Notes: generated by a model not told the origin, from the letters alone. 27,299 nucleotides of DNA from a virus (IMGVR_UViG_3300023173_000089:1-27299); one strand, 5' to 3'. Positions 1 through 9,900 are shown, counted from the stretch's first letter. Numbers and translations are program-made.

Positions 1-426
1 CTTAATACAGGACGCATAATGCTACAACAACGTAGCAAGGAAGTTTCACATCCTCTTACTTGGAGTTTTTGGGGAGGTAAAAGTGAACACAATGAACGTC
101 CAGTAGAAACATTGTTACGTGAATGTGAAGAAGAAATGGGTAAACTGCCAAGTTTAGAAAAAGTTTATCCTATACATACATTTTTAAGTGAAGATAAAAA
201 GTTTACATATCATACATATGTTATTACAGTGTATGAAGAATTCATTCCTAACACAAACGGAGAAAGTGCCGGATACGCATGGGTTGAACTAAATGGTTGG
301 CCAAAGCCTTTACATAGAGGCGCACGTGTTGTATTAGAAAAACCTGATATGATTGATAAGATTAAAACTATTTGGGATAATGCAAAGGATTCAGAAGACT
401 TATCAAACTGGTTAGATAGTTTTTAA
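1..426 (+). CDS. Nudix hydrolase (5'-truncated by window edge)
   Basis: Nudix box GGKSEHNERPVETLLRECEEEMG fits GX5EX7REUXEEXG. The frame is open from base 1 (LNTGRIMLQQRS), so the true start is probably upstream of the window. Confidence 0.9.
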   Translation, partial: LNTGRIMLQQRSKEVSHPLTWSFWGGKSEHNERPVETLLRECEEEMGKLPSLEKVYPIHTFLSEDKKFTYHTYVITVYEEFIPNTNGESAGYAWVELNGWPKPLHRGARVVLEKPDMIDKIKTIWDNAKDSEDLSNWLDSF

Positions 427-2750
427 AAACTGCTATCAATTGCAGAGCGTATCCATGTATCTGTAGCAACACAGATATAAACATATGACGCATCGTATGC
501 TATTTGCCCTTTAGTGCCTGTGTCAGTACTACTACTAGGTACTGTTGTTGTAACACTTGCAACACTACCTGTTCCGACAAAACTTCCAGTTACTTCTACA
601 TTACCTGTTTTAGTAATATCAACAACAGGTGTGCCATTATTTGTTATTTGTACACCAGTTGCGTTTTGTTCAAGTTCTATGTTGAAACGGTTTGCTGTTC
701 TATCATAAAACATTTTCACATCATTAGCATCACCGAACTCTAATGTTACACTATCTGCAATTAGTTTCTTAGAAAATAATGTTGTATCTATTGGTGTAAA
801 AGTAAATTGTCCTTTATTTAAACCACTGCCAGCATAAGTTAAATTACCATTCGGATAGTTTACAGAATCAGGTGCTTGAACGATAAGTGTTAAGTCTCCA
901 TATCCTAATACACCTCCTGTTGCTGTACTTGCATTATCTGTTGCAGGTTGCCATAATCCAGTGGTACTATTATATTTTAGTACTTGTCCTTCGCCAGGCA
1001 TTGTATTATCTACATTTGTCAGATCTCCTAAGTCTACAGGTATAGTAGGTGTGTTTAGTAAATCGCTATAATCACCTGTGCTTGAAACAGTTGCAAGTGT
1101 AGGTTTGTTTAATAAATCTCCGTAATCACCACTAAGTGCAACTGCACTTAAACTAGAAACATGTGTATTGAAACTGTTAGTTAGTGTTGTTAGCCCAGAC
1201 TGTGTTGCATAAGAACTTAGATCTGGAGGTGTATAACTGAATATGCCAGTTGTATTATCGTAAGTTAAATTTGATGTGCCTACAGAATTTACTGTAACAC
1301 TGAGATCGGTAAGTCCAAGTACATTAGTGTTCACACTACTTACAATACCAGGTGCAAGCGGAACCCACACACTGTTACTATACATATATAGATTTAAACT
1401 GTCGCTGTCAACCCATAAATCACCTTCTTTTACACCACTAGTAGGAACAGTTGCACTTGTTACAATAGCAGTTGCTATGCGTTTATCAGGATCGACATTA
1501 TTTGGATCTACAATATAAGCATCTGTTGATATGTTTATTGTTTCAACATTTATAGTAGTAGACTCTAGTTCGTTTACAATAAAATCTCCAACATTGCCAC
1601 TAGCAACGTCATTTGTGATTGTAGCATCTGGTATCATTGTAAACTTTTGTGCACTGTCATCCCATCCGAAAAATCCAGTCTTAGCACTAGTACCATCATG
1701 ATATTCAAATGCTACGCCTCTATCTTTATTATCATCAACAGTAAGAGGAGTACCATCTGCATTGCCACCAATAAACATAACAGGGTCAACAATACTAGTT
1801 GTTGTACTGTTTACAGTTGTGGTTGTACCTTGTACAGTTAAGTCTCCAGATATAGTAGCATTGCCGCCTATACTTACATCGCCACTATATGTAGCGTCTA
1901 CAGCATCAGTTATTGTTCCATTGGTAATAGATAGTGTGCCGTCTGTTACAGTACCGCCTGTTATAGTTCCTGTTACAACGGCTGTTGCGCCAGTTATGTT
2001 ACCATTACTAATTGTCAGTACACCATCAGTAAATGCATTTGCAGTAATAGTATTGCTTGCTATTATACCAACTACTCCAGAGATACTTCCAGAACTAATA
2101 GTAAGAGTTCCGTCTGTTATAGTGCCGCCGTTTACATTTCCAGTTAAATCTCCAGTTACATTACCTGTTAAATTTCCAGTTACATTACCTGTTACATTAC
2201 CTGTTAGATTTCCAGTAACATCACCTGTTAAGTTTCCTGCAAATGTACTAGACAGTGTAGTTCCATCAAATGTTAAGTTGGCACTATCTTGTAATTCGCC
2301 ACTTGTGCCAGAATACACAACACGAGTATCTGTTAAGTCTGTTATGCTTGCACTTGCTAGTGTAGCAGATACAGTAACATCTAGTGTATTACTAATTTCA
2401 ACATCTGCTACTGTAATTTTACTAGTATCAAATGCAGTACTATCAAGTGTTGCACTTAATGCATTAGCAGTATAAAAGTAAATTGTATCTTCATCTGATC
2501 CGGTAGCAGTTTCATATTTAATGTAAGTATCTTTATCTAAGTCGCTACCGTTTAAATCAGTCCAATTTGAACCATCTGATATTTCAATTCCACGTGTTGA
2601 AGTATTATATCTTAACTGCCCAGGAATATTAATATTTGGTCTTTGACTAGAATTGCCGACGGGTATAACTAGAGCACCGGTCCCTGTTATTGTTAATATG
2701 TTAGAAGATGTACTAATTCCATCTCTACTATGATTTAAATTAATCGACAT
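423..2750 (-). CDS. Virion fibre-like structural protein (775 aa)
   Basis: Thr/Gly/Ser-rich, with G(N/D)(L/V)T tetrapeptide repeats, TDG(T/V)L(T/S)I repeats and (S/T)GDYxDLLNxP repeats typical of phage fibres. Last gene of the fibre block. Confidence 0.75.
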   Translation of the reverse strand: MSINLNHSRDGISTSSNILTITGTGALVIPVGNSSQRPNINIPGQLRYNTSTRGIEISDGSNWTDLNGSDLDKDTYIKYETATGSDEDTIYFYTANALSATLDSTAFDTSKITVADVEISNTLDVTVSATLASASITDLTDTRVVYSGTSGELQDSANLTFDGTTLSSTFAGNLTGDVTGNLTGNVTGNVTGNLTGNVTGDLTGNVNGGTITDGTLTISSGSISGVVGIIASNTITANAFTDGVLTISNGNITGATAVVTGTITGGTVTDGTLSITNGTITDAVDATYSGDVSIGGNATISGDLTVQGTTTTVNSTTTSIVDPVMFIGGNADGTPLTVDDNKDRGVAFEYHDGTSAKTGFFGWDDSAQKFTMIPDATITNDVASGNVGDFIVNELESTTINVETINISTDAYIVDPNNVDPDKRIATAIVTSATVPTSGVKEGDLWVDSDSLNLYMYSNSVWVPLAPGIVSSVNTNVLGLTDLSVTVNSVGTSNLTYDNTTGIFSYTPPDLSSYATQSGLTTLTNSFNTHVSSLSAVALSGDYGDLLNKPTLATVSSTGDYSDLLNTPTIPVDLGDLTNVDNTMPGEGQVLKYNSTTGLWQPATDNASTATGGVLGYGDLTLIVQAPDSVNYPNGNLTYAGSGLNKGQFTFTPIDTTLFSKKLIADSVTLEFGDANDVKMFYDRTANRFNIELEQNATGVQITNNGTPVVDITKTGNVEVTGSFVGTGSVASVTTTVPSSSTDTGTKGQIAYDASYVYICVATDTWIRSAIDSSF
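2133..2238 (-). repeat. 12-bp-period coding tandem repeat (GNLT/GDVT/GNVT, ~9 units)
   Basis: Protein GNLTGDVTGNLTGNVTGNVTGNLTGNVTGDLTGNV; DNA units such as gttacattacct recur. Confidence 0.85.
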
Positions 2751-2760
2751 TATACTCTTT

Positions 2761-4320
2761 CTAAGTTAATATTCTTATTTGTGCTGAACTATTAAACGGA
2801 TTAAACATGAATTTTTCTTCACCGCCGTAAATACTTCTAGTGTCATTATAATTAGCATCGCCTGTACCTAAATACATGACATTATTTGTACATTTACTTA
2901 ACATAAAACTTTTTAGTTGTTGTGGTGTTGCATGTGGATTTAGCTGTAACATCAATGCACCTAGTCCGCACACTTGCGGAGATGCCATACTAGTTCCTGA
3001 AATATTAGCAATTTTATAAGATTCATTTAACGGATAATTTCCTCCGTTCATTTCATTTATCGAACTAGTTGTACTCATTATATCTGTTCCGGGCGCATAA
3101 ATGTTAACACCTGACCCAGAACAACTCGAACTTGCTTTTTGTTCGAGTCCTGAAGAATGCACGTCACTATCTATGTTTCCAACAATAAATGCTTCGTCGT
3201 CATATGGGCTACTACCACGATGATAATATTCGTTATAACCTCTGCCAAAGTTTGCATTATTATCATAGTCAACTCCGCCTGCTGCTTCTATCTTATAATA
3301 ACTGTTTCCTGCAGCAATACAAATATGGATACCTTCGTCAATCATTTCTTGTACATCTGCATCAACACTTGCTACTCTAACTGGAATACGTCTTCCGAAA
3401 AAACTAACAGGAGGAACAATTCCAGTTTCATGCCATAATTCTGTTGAACTATTGTGAGTAGGATCTGAATAGTTCCAACTTGAACCTCTATAAGTACCAG
3501 TCGATGGTGTACTTCTATATCCGCCATATCCCCAACTCATGTTGACAATTGTAGGTCTTTTATAACCTGTTGCAGGATTTACAGGTTTATTTCGATGCCA
3601 CAACTTGATTACATCAAAACAATCAGATACAGGTATTCCATTACCCGGATCTGAACTTCCTTGTAGTCCGTCAACTTTAACAGCATAAATTCTAGCATCC
3701 TTTGCCCAACCATAAGTTTTACCTACTGCTATGCCCGCACAGTGTGTTCCATGACCGTGGTAATCTGTATAATGTCCGGATGGCATTGTTCCTGGTATTC
3801 CACTTTCTGCGTACCAATCGATTTCTTGTACTCTATTATTTCCATTTTCATCATAAAATTCCGGATGATCGGCTTGTATGCCACTGTCTTGAATTACAAC
3901 GTCAACACCTTCTCCGTTTAAATTATAACTATATTCTCCAGTATTCTCTGTTGTTGCACTACCGTAAGGATTAGACTCACTAATACAACGTCTAAGGCCC
4001 CAGTTAACAAAGTCGCCGCTATCACTAGTTGTTTTAGTAAAATTTCCTGTTTGTACTGCATCAAAACCCATGTCAATATCATCACGTTGATCAGGAGGAA
4101 TTTCAACTCCGTAAACTCTCGGATCATTACGTAATACGTTAGCTTCATCATCTGATAATTTATAATGACAAGAACGCAAGCTACCTGGACGACTGTTTAA
4201 TATATCAACACGTCTAGTAGGAACAAATCCATCATCTTCACTAGCATTTTCGATTTGATCCCAAAATGCATCATAATCTACACCTCTATTTAAAATTACA
4301 ATATATTCACGCTCACTCAT
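2761..4320 (-). CDS. Subtilisin-like serine protease (peptidase S8) with N-terminal prodomain-like region
   Basis: Catalytic motifs in order: VVIQDSG (Asp), HGHGTHCAG (His), AAGN (oxyanion Asn), SGTSMASP (Ser). Confidence 0.93.
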   Translation of the reverse strand: MSEREYIVILNRGVDYDAFWDQIENASEDDGFVPTRRVDILNSRPGSLRSCHYKLSDDEANVLRNDPRVYGVEIPPDQRDDIDMGFDAVQTGNFTKTTSDSGDFVNWGLRRCISESNPYGSATTENTGEYSYNLNGEGVDVVIQDSGIQADHPEFYDENGNNRVQEIDWYAESGIPGTMPSGHYTDYHGHGTHCAGIAVGKTYGWAKDARIYAVKVDGLQGSSDPGNGIPVSDCFDVIKLWHRNKPVNPATGYKRPTIVNMSWGYGGYRSTPSTGTYRGSSWNYSDPTHNSSTELWHETGIVPPVSFFGRRIPVRVASVDADVQEMIDEGIHICIAAGNSYYKIEAAGGVDYDNNANFGRGYNEYYHRGSSPYDDEAFIVGNIDSDVHSSGLEQKASSSCSGSGVNIYAPGTDIMSTTSSINEMNGGNYPLNESYKIANISGTSMASPQVCGLGALMLQLNPHATPQQLKSFMLSKCTNNVMYLGTGDANYNDTRSIYGGEEKFMFNPFNSSAQIRILT

Positions 4321-4329
4321 TGTATTTCC

Positions 4330-6102
4330 TTATGTTGTTCCGTATATTGTTCCAGAATTACTTAATGTATAAGTATTACCACTATCATTTATTGCTGCGC
4401 CTCCGGAACCTCCTGTTGTACTATTCAGAGCTCCTGTGCCTGGTCCGCCGCCTGCTGCTCCCCAGCCTCCGCCGCCTGCGCCAATGGTATAAGTCGTTGC
4501 GCCTAATAATTCTTCAGCACCATCTCCGCCTGGGTTTCCACCACCGCCACCATCTGTAGCATTTGAAAAGCCCGATGTTGACAATGAACCTGCTACACCT
4601 GGTAAGATTCTACCTCCACCTTGGCCGCCTCCAGCGCCGCCTGCGCCTGCTGCAGTTACTCCACCAAAGTTAGTACCGCCTACTGCACCTACTGTACCTC
4701 CAGTTGCTCCTACAGGTCCATCTGCGGTGCCGCCTGCACCGCCTCCTGCACCGCCGCCGCCAGCAGAAGTACCATCTGTTTGTGTTCTTTCTGCACCTCC
4801 GCCGCCTCCTCCGGCAATAAATGCACCAGTTTCATTTAGAATAGTAACATTAGAAATACTAGAATTAATTTTAATAGCAGGACCGCCATTTTCAGCAACA
4901 CTAGTATCTCCGCCTCGACCACCTTTGCCTATAACTTTACCGTTATTGATAATAGTACACGGAATGTCAACTGTCATTGCTGCTACACTAATATTATCTG
5001 ACCAAATCCACCAGTCAGATGGTACGAATAAAGTTTCGCCAGAATTAATAAAATCACTTACTATTATTTCTTGTAGTGACGGATTTCCATTAATCATTGT
5101 AGGAGTAGCAACTGTTGCTAAATTAGTGCCTATTGATCCCCATATTGTACCATTATTAGTTAATGATGTAACACTTCCGTCAATTGCAGCACCGCCTGTG
5201 CCTCCATTATTACCACCTTGGGCAGCCCAGCCACCACCACCGCCACCCCAGCCATTGCTGCCAGGATTATTTGCGCTGCCACCGTCTCCGCCTCGATTAC
5301 CAACACTATTAGCACCACCTGCGCCGCCAGTACCAGGAAGAACACGGCCACCACCACCGCCGCCGTGATAACCTCCCCACGTTGGACGAGGATCTGCATC
5401 ATTACCGCCACCGCCTCCGGCGCCGCCGCCACTAGGTACACCGCCTGCAGATGGTCCAAGATTACCGCTGCCGCCTGGCTGTCCAAGTGAGCCTCCGTTA
5501 GGCGAATACCCAGGTACAAGACCGTCATATCTGCCTGCTCGTGATCCATTTCCGCCGCCTGCGCCACCGCCTCCAGCGCCGCCGCCTCCGCCGCCACCGC
5601 CAGCAATGTAAGAACCTGCACTATTAGTAATAGTGACATTAGTTACACCTGGATTAACTTTAATAGCAGGTCCACCGTTGACACTTTGAACGGCTCCGCC
5701 GCCGTCGCCTCCACGCCCAATAATATTTCCATCATTAATAATAGTGCAAGGAATATCAATAGTCATTGCAGCAACATTTGTATTATCTGACCAAACCCAC
5801 CAACCAGAAGAAATTACAAGTGTTCCTCCTGAACTAATATAATCACTTACTATTATTTCTTTAAGAGAATTAATTCCATTAACTACCAAAGGTGTAGCAG
5901 CATTATCTAATGTTACTTGATTTGCTGCGCCATAAAAGTCACTGAAACTAATCTCGCCAGATGTAGGAATGTTTATATTTGCAACAGATTCAGGAACACG
6001 AGCACCTGCTCGATAATGTGCATTTATTCTCCAAGTTCCGGATCCTTGGAATTCAGTTCTGATTTGTGATGCTGAAATAGATCCCGAACTCTGAAGTGCC
6101 AT
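4330..6102 (-). CDS. Glycine-rich tail fibre adhesin, T-even gp38-like, with two tandem adhesin domains
   Basis: N-terminal MALQSSGSIS...PTSGEISFSDFYG attachment-type segment, then two copies of a domain with IIN(D/N)GxxIGxGG, NGGPAI, IAGGGGGG and GGGGGW polyglycine motifs. Start overlaps the stop of the upstream fibre gene (TAATG). Confidence 0.75.
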   Translation of the reverse strand: MALQSSGSISASQIRTEFQGSGTWRINAHYRAGARVPESVANINIPTSGEISFSDFYGAANQVTLDNAATPLVVNGINSLKEIIVSDYISSGGTLVISSGWWVWSDNTNVAAMTIDIPCTIINDGNIIGRGGDGGGAVQSVNGGPAIKVNPGVTNVTITNSAGSYIAGGGGGGGGAGGGGAGGGNGSRAGRYDGLVPGYSPNGGSLGQPGGSGNLGPSAGGVPSGGGAGGGGGNDADPRPTWGGYHGGGGGGRVLPGTGGAGGANSVGNRGGDGGSANNPGSNGWGGGGGGWAAQGGNNGGTGGAAIDGSVTSLTNNGTIWGSIGTNLATVATPTMINGNPSLQEIIVSDFINSGETLFVPSDWWIWSDNISVAAMTVDIPCTIINNGKVIGKGGRGGDTSVAENGGPAIKINSSISNVTILNETGAFIAGGGGGGAERTQTDGTSAGGGGAGGGAGGTADGPVGATGGTVGAVGGTNFGGVTAAGAGGAGGGQGGGRILPGVAGSLSTSGFSNATDGGGGGNPGGDGAEELLGATTYTIGAGGGGWGAAGGGPGTGALNSTTGGSGGAAINDSGNTYTLSNSGTIYGTT

Positions 6103-7547
6103 TACACTGTTCCAAACGCTGTGATATCACCTGTTACTGTTAAATTTCCACTAGCATCAATTTTCATTTTGTTAACACCACCGGTAGCGAAATAAAGTGT
6201 ACCACCAGATTCTGTTATTGTCCAGCCGCCTAAATTAACAACAGTAGTTGATACTTTTGCATCTAATGCAGTTTGTAGTCCAGTAACATCAGAAATTGCA
6301 GTTGGATGATAACCATCGTGATAAACTCTATTAGTCGAATTTGCACTATTAGATAATAATATATCAATATTACCACTAGTATCGTCTGCCATTTTTAACC
6401 ATTGCTTACCGCCTGTAGGAGCTTGCAAGCCTGCAGTGTCTTCAGGTTCAGTAATATAGAATGCTTCACCTTCGGAAACTAATGCAACATCTATGCCTGT
6501 ATCTGATGTATCGTTTAAATGAATAGTAGGTGAGGCAGTATTAATAGTTAAATTTCCTGTTAATGTTCCGCCTGTTAAATTTAATTTTAAAGCATCTGCA
6601 GTTTGATATGCACTAGTAATTGCTGTTTCTCTAGTATCAGTATATGTATTTGCATCTGTTTCTGCCTGATCTGCATATGTTTGATATGCACTAGTAATTG
6701 CTGTCTCACGTGCATCTACATATTGTTTAGTTGCAGCATGTAAATTTGCAGTTGGGTCTCCGCTTAATGTAAGTAGACCAGTCATTGTATCACCTGCTTT
6801 ACTTACTTTAGTTGCAATATTGTTTGTAACAGTTGTAGCAAAGCTAGCATCATCGCCTAATGCTGCAGCTAGTTCATTTAGTGTATCCAGTGCAGCCGGA
6901 GCAGAATCGACAACACTTGCTACTTCTGCATCAACGTACTGTTTAGTTGCAGCATGTAAATTTGCTGTCGGGTCTGAATGTAATGTAAGGAATCCGGTCA
7001 TCGTGTCACCGCTTACACTTACTTTTGTGTTATCAATTGTAACTGTTCCCATTACTTGCCATTGACTATCTTCATACACATCAAAACTATTAGTTGTTGT
7101 GTTATAAATCATATCTCCATTTGTAGCAATAAATGCATCACGTTCTGTTTGTGTCATTGATGCTAATTTAAATGGTGTATCTGCAATAACTACTCTGTTT
7201 TGTGCATCTAATACAAGATTGCCGCCGGCTGTGATACTTGTATCACCAGCACCACTGATGGTTAAACTTTTAACATTTAAGTCTAATCCGCCATCTTGAA
7301 AATCTTCAATTAATGATAGTGTACCTTCTCTATCAGGAAGTATAACATTTCTGTCTGCTGTTACACTTGTTGCTTGTAGTTTAATTTCAAAATCGTCAGG
7401 TGCAGTGCCTTCAAAAATTAATTTAGTTCCTTGACTAATCCAAATATGATCCGTAGGATAAAGTGCAATATCTGTATCACTTTTTATTTCTAAGTCGGTG
7501 CCATTACCACCTGTTATACCGTTTGGAAATCTTGTTTCGTTTGCCAT
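6102..7547 (-). CDS. Tail fibre protein (distal fibre-like)
   Basis: APAALDTLNELAAALGDD motif, repeated GDTMTGxLTLxxDPTANLHAATKQYVD, and C-terminal GNLTVTGDITAFG directly upstream of the adhesin gene. RBS GGAG. Confidence 0.8.
   Translation of the reverse strand: MANETRFPNGITGGNGTDLEIKSDTDIALYPTDHIWISQGTKLIFEGTAPDDFEIKLQATSVTADRNVILPDREGTLSLIEDFQDGGLDLNVKSLTISGAGDTSITAGGNLVLDAQNRVVIADTPFKLASMTQTERDAFIATNGDMIYNTTTNSFDVYEDSQWQVMGTVTIDNTKVSVSGDTMTGFLTLHSDPTANLHAATKQYVDAEVASVVDSAPAALDTLNELAAALGDDASFATTVTNNIATKVSKAGDTMTGLLTLSGDPTANLHAATKQYVDARETAITSAYQTYADQAETDANTYTDTRETAITSAYQTADALKLNLTGGTLTGNLTINTASPTIHLNDTSDTGIDVALVSEGEAFYITEPEDTAGLQAPTGGKQWLKMADDTSGNIDILLSNSANSTNRVYHDGYHPTAISDVTGLQTALDAKVSTTVVNLGGWTITESGGTLYFATGGVNKMKIDASGNLTVTGDITAFGTV
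6601..6965. repeat. Two pairs of exact 26-bp intragenic direct repeats
   Basis: gtttgatatgcactagtaattgctgt at 6601-6626 and 6679-6704; tgtttagttgcagcatgtaaatttgc at 6724-6749 and 6940-6965. Confidence 0.85.
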
Positions 7548-7569
7548 TTTGTTATCTCCGTATTATACA

Positions 7570-7577
7570 TATTTATT
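7570..7577 (-). promoter_or_regulatory. T4-type late promoter (AATAAATA) for the fibre block
   Basis: Variant of TATAAATA, 22 nt upstream of the 7547 start and just downstream of the gp23 terminator. Confidence 0.7.
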
Positions 7578-7590
7578 CTATAATAGCCAT

Positions 7591-7619
7591 AAAAAAACAG
7601 GCTCCGAAAAGCCTGTTTT
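7591..7619 (-). terminator. Rho-independent terminator after the major capsid gene
   Basis: Minus strand reads CAGGCUU-UUCG-GAGCCUG followed by U7: a UUCG tetraloop hairpin plus U-tract. Confidence 0.9.
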
Positions 7620-7642
7620 ATTTTTAAAATAGTAACTAACTA

Positions 7643-8800
7643 TTATGCGAATGCAAGTTGGTTAGTTGTAACAGCAATTTTGCTTAGATAGTCAGCTGCA
7701 TTACCAAGTGATGATGCTTGGTTTGATAGCTCAACGTAGCCATAACGTGTCATAAATGATACTGTTGGCTCGAATGTTGCTGGATCTAGCACTGTGCCTG
7801 ATGACATTAGTGGGATATATGGGCAATAGAACGCTGCTGCGTCTGTTTCTGTTGAACCTTTGTATCCTACTAGGATTGTGTCGTCTGCTGCGTACTGGTT
7901 TACATATACACGCATTGTGCCGTTTAATGTACCAACGAATTTTGTGTTTGTTGGTGCTTCAAATGGACCTTCTGTTGTACGTGCAAACGCTGATGTTGTC
8001 GCTGATTGTAGTACTGTTAGCATTGTTGGTGAAACAATTGCCCAGTTACCTGCGCCACGACGTGTACGTGCTGCAATTAGGTTTGCGTTTTTGTTGATTA
8101 GAACTGCAAGTGCTGCATGTTCGTCACCTACGTATGTCGCTGTACCTGATACTGCTGATTGATCATATGTGTCAGCTGCAGTACCTGCTAGTGAACTTAG
8201 AGAAGCAATGATCTCTTGGTCGATTTCAGCAGTAATTTCTTGTGCAAGTGCTTGCATGATTTCTGCTTCAACGTCTAGACCGTGCATTGACTGTGCGTCT
8301 TGCGCTGCTTCAAATGTCCAACGTGCTGATAGCTTACGTGTTTTAGCTTCAACAGTTTGCTTGAGTACTTGAATACTCATTTTGCGTCCTGCTTCACCTT
8401 CTAGTGATGCAGTTGCATCTGCTGTTGCTGATGATGCGTTACCTGAGTAACCTGTTGCGATTGCGAATGGGCTTAGTGCTTCATCGCCTGCTGTCGCTGT
8501 GCCTGCTGTTTCTGCATAACGTACACGTAGTGTGTGAATCTGACCTACTGGTCCTGTCATTGGCTGAACACCAACGATTTCGTTTGCAATAACTGTTGGC
8601 ATAACACGACGAATCACTGGAAGAATAACTTTGTTAAGTGTTGCAATGTTACCTGATTGAGTTGCACCAGCTGTAGCAGATTCTGCTAAGTAACGCTTAG
8701 TGTTCTCAAGTGTTGATTCCATCACTTGCTTTTTTGTTCCAGTTAGACCGTCGGTTAGTGCTTCTTTGGTTGCATTCCAATTTTCAAATAATGCGTCCAT
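7643..8800 (-). CDS. gp23: Major capsid protein, T4 gp23-like (short, 385 aa)
   Basis: RRVMPTVIANEIVGVQPMTGPVGQI, KTRKLSARWTFEAAQD, AFYCPYIPL and FMTRYG motifs. Strong RBS AAGGAG. Putative protease site LAE/S at residues 38-41. Confidence 0.97.
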   Translation of the reverse strand: MDALFENWNATKEALTDGLTGTKKQVMESTLENTKRYLAESATAGATQSGNIATLNKVILPVIRRVMPTVIANEIVGVQPMTGPVGQIHTLRVRYAETAGTATAGDEALSPFAIATGYSGNASSATADATASLEGEAGRKMSIQVLKQTVEAKTRKLSARWTFEAAQDAQSMHGLDVEAEIMQALAQEITAEIDQEIIASLSSLAGTAADTYDQSAVSGTATYVGDEHAALAVLINKNANLIAARTRRGAGNWAIVSPTMLTVLQSATTSAFARTTEGPFEAPTNTKFVGTLNGTMRVYVNQYAADDTILVGYKGSTETDAAAFYCPYIPLMSSGTVLDPATFEPTVSFMTRYGYVELSNQASSLGNAADYLSKIAVTTNQLAFA

Positions 8801-8811
8801 AATCGGTCTCC

Positions 8812-9900
8812 TTAACTTATACCGGCTAATTTGCGAAGGTTAACAATGTTGTCATCAACATTTGCTTCTGCTGTTTTTCCCCCAGTGACTTCTTTAGTAG
8901 ATTCACTAAGTACCTTCTTTTCTTTTAATGGTTTAGCATCTTCCTTCAATACTGATGGTAGATACTTATTGAATGCATTCTGCAAGTCTGCTGTTTTAGT
9001 AGACTCTAGTAGTGCACCCATTATTTCTTTTTGTTGCTTTGAAAGTGGTGCCATCATTTCGTTGAGGGCAGTTTTACGTTCTGCTTTATCTGCTTCAATA
9101 CGTGCTTTACGTGCTGATTCAGTTAGCTGAACTTCTTTCTCTGCAACGGCTTTGTTTGCTTCATCAAGTTGTGCTTTTAGCTTGTCCATTGATTTGTTTA
9201 GTTTTGCAACTTCTGTACCTTCATTAAGGTAGCTGCTCATAAACTCTGCTGCAAATGTTTCAAAAATCTTACGTCCAAATGTATTTTCTTTAGCAACTTG
9301 GATGTCTTCTTTTAGTGTTGTAAGTTCTTTCTTAATAGTATTTTCAAGAATTCCTTCAACTTTAGTTGCAGCACTTTCAATAAACTTACGTTTTGTACTC
9401 TCGATAGCTTCTTTGCCTTCTTTAATCAATTTGACTTTTGCTTCAACTAGTGAGCGTTTGTCTTCATGAAACTCGTTGAGCTCTTTTGTAAGTTGTTCAA
9501 GTACAAAGCCCTCTAATTGAGCCATGTTCTTGTCTTGTGCCTCACGGTCTTCGCGAAGTTCATTAATTTCTTTGCGAAGTGTTTCCATCACAAACTCGTC
9601 AAGTACATTTGCATGTTCTGACATATGCTTGCGATAAGCAACACGATCTTCTGCTACTTTAGCTTTGTCTGCTTGGAACTCTTCAAGTTCTTTTGCAATA
9701 ACTTCGCCAATCATTGTGTCCATTGCTTCTACGATCTGCGCTTTGTCATTTTCATAACGTTCCGCAAATTCTTCACGTAGTTCTGCTGCAACTTCTTCAC
9801 GTAGTTCAGTTTGCTTGGTTTCCCACGCTTCACTGATTGAAGATCTAACCTCTTCGGAGAGCGCACCTGAGCTTAATAGTTCATCTATTGAGTGAGCCAT
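8812..9900 (-). CDS. gp22: Prohead core scaffolding protein, gp22-like
   Basis: Acidic coiled-coil protein between protease and capsid genes, with many L-x-E sites (LSES, LTES, LNEG, LKED). RBS AGGAG. Confidence 0.85.
   Translation of the reverse strand: MAHSIDELLSSGALSEEVRSSISEAWETKQTELREEVAAELREEFAERYENDKAQIVEAMDTMIGEVIAKELEEFQADKAKVAEDRVAYRKHMSEHANVLDEFVMETLRKEINELREDREAQDKNMAQLEGFVLEQLTKELNEFHEDKRSLVEAKVKLIKEGKEAIESTKRKFIESAATKVEGILENTIKKELTTLKEDIQVAKENTFGRKIFETFAAEFMSSYLNEGTEVAKLNKSMDKLKAQLDEANKAVAEKEVQLTESARKARIEADKAERKTALNEMMAPLSKQQKEIMGALLESTKTADLQNAFNKYLPSVLKEDAKPLKEKKVLSESTKEVTGGKTAEANVDDNIVNLRKLAGIS

Noticed and set aside
4330-5898. Diversity-generating retroelement template/variable repeat pair in the adhesin
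   Set aside because: The two copies differ at all base types and both lie in one reading frame. No reverse transcriptase is present in the window.
6601-6965. CRISPR-like repeats
   Set aside because: Only two copies of each repeat, in frame within a coding gene, with no spacer periodicity or cas genes.
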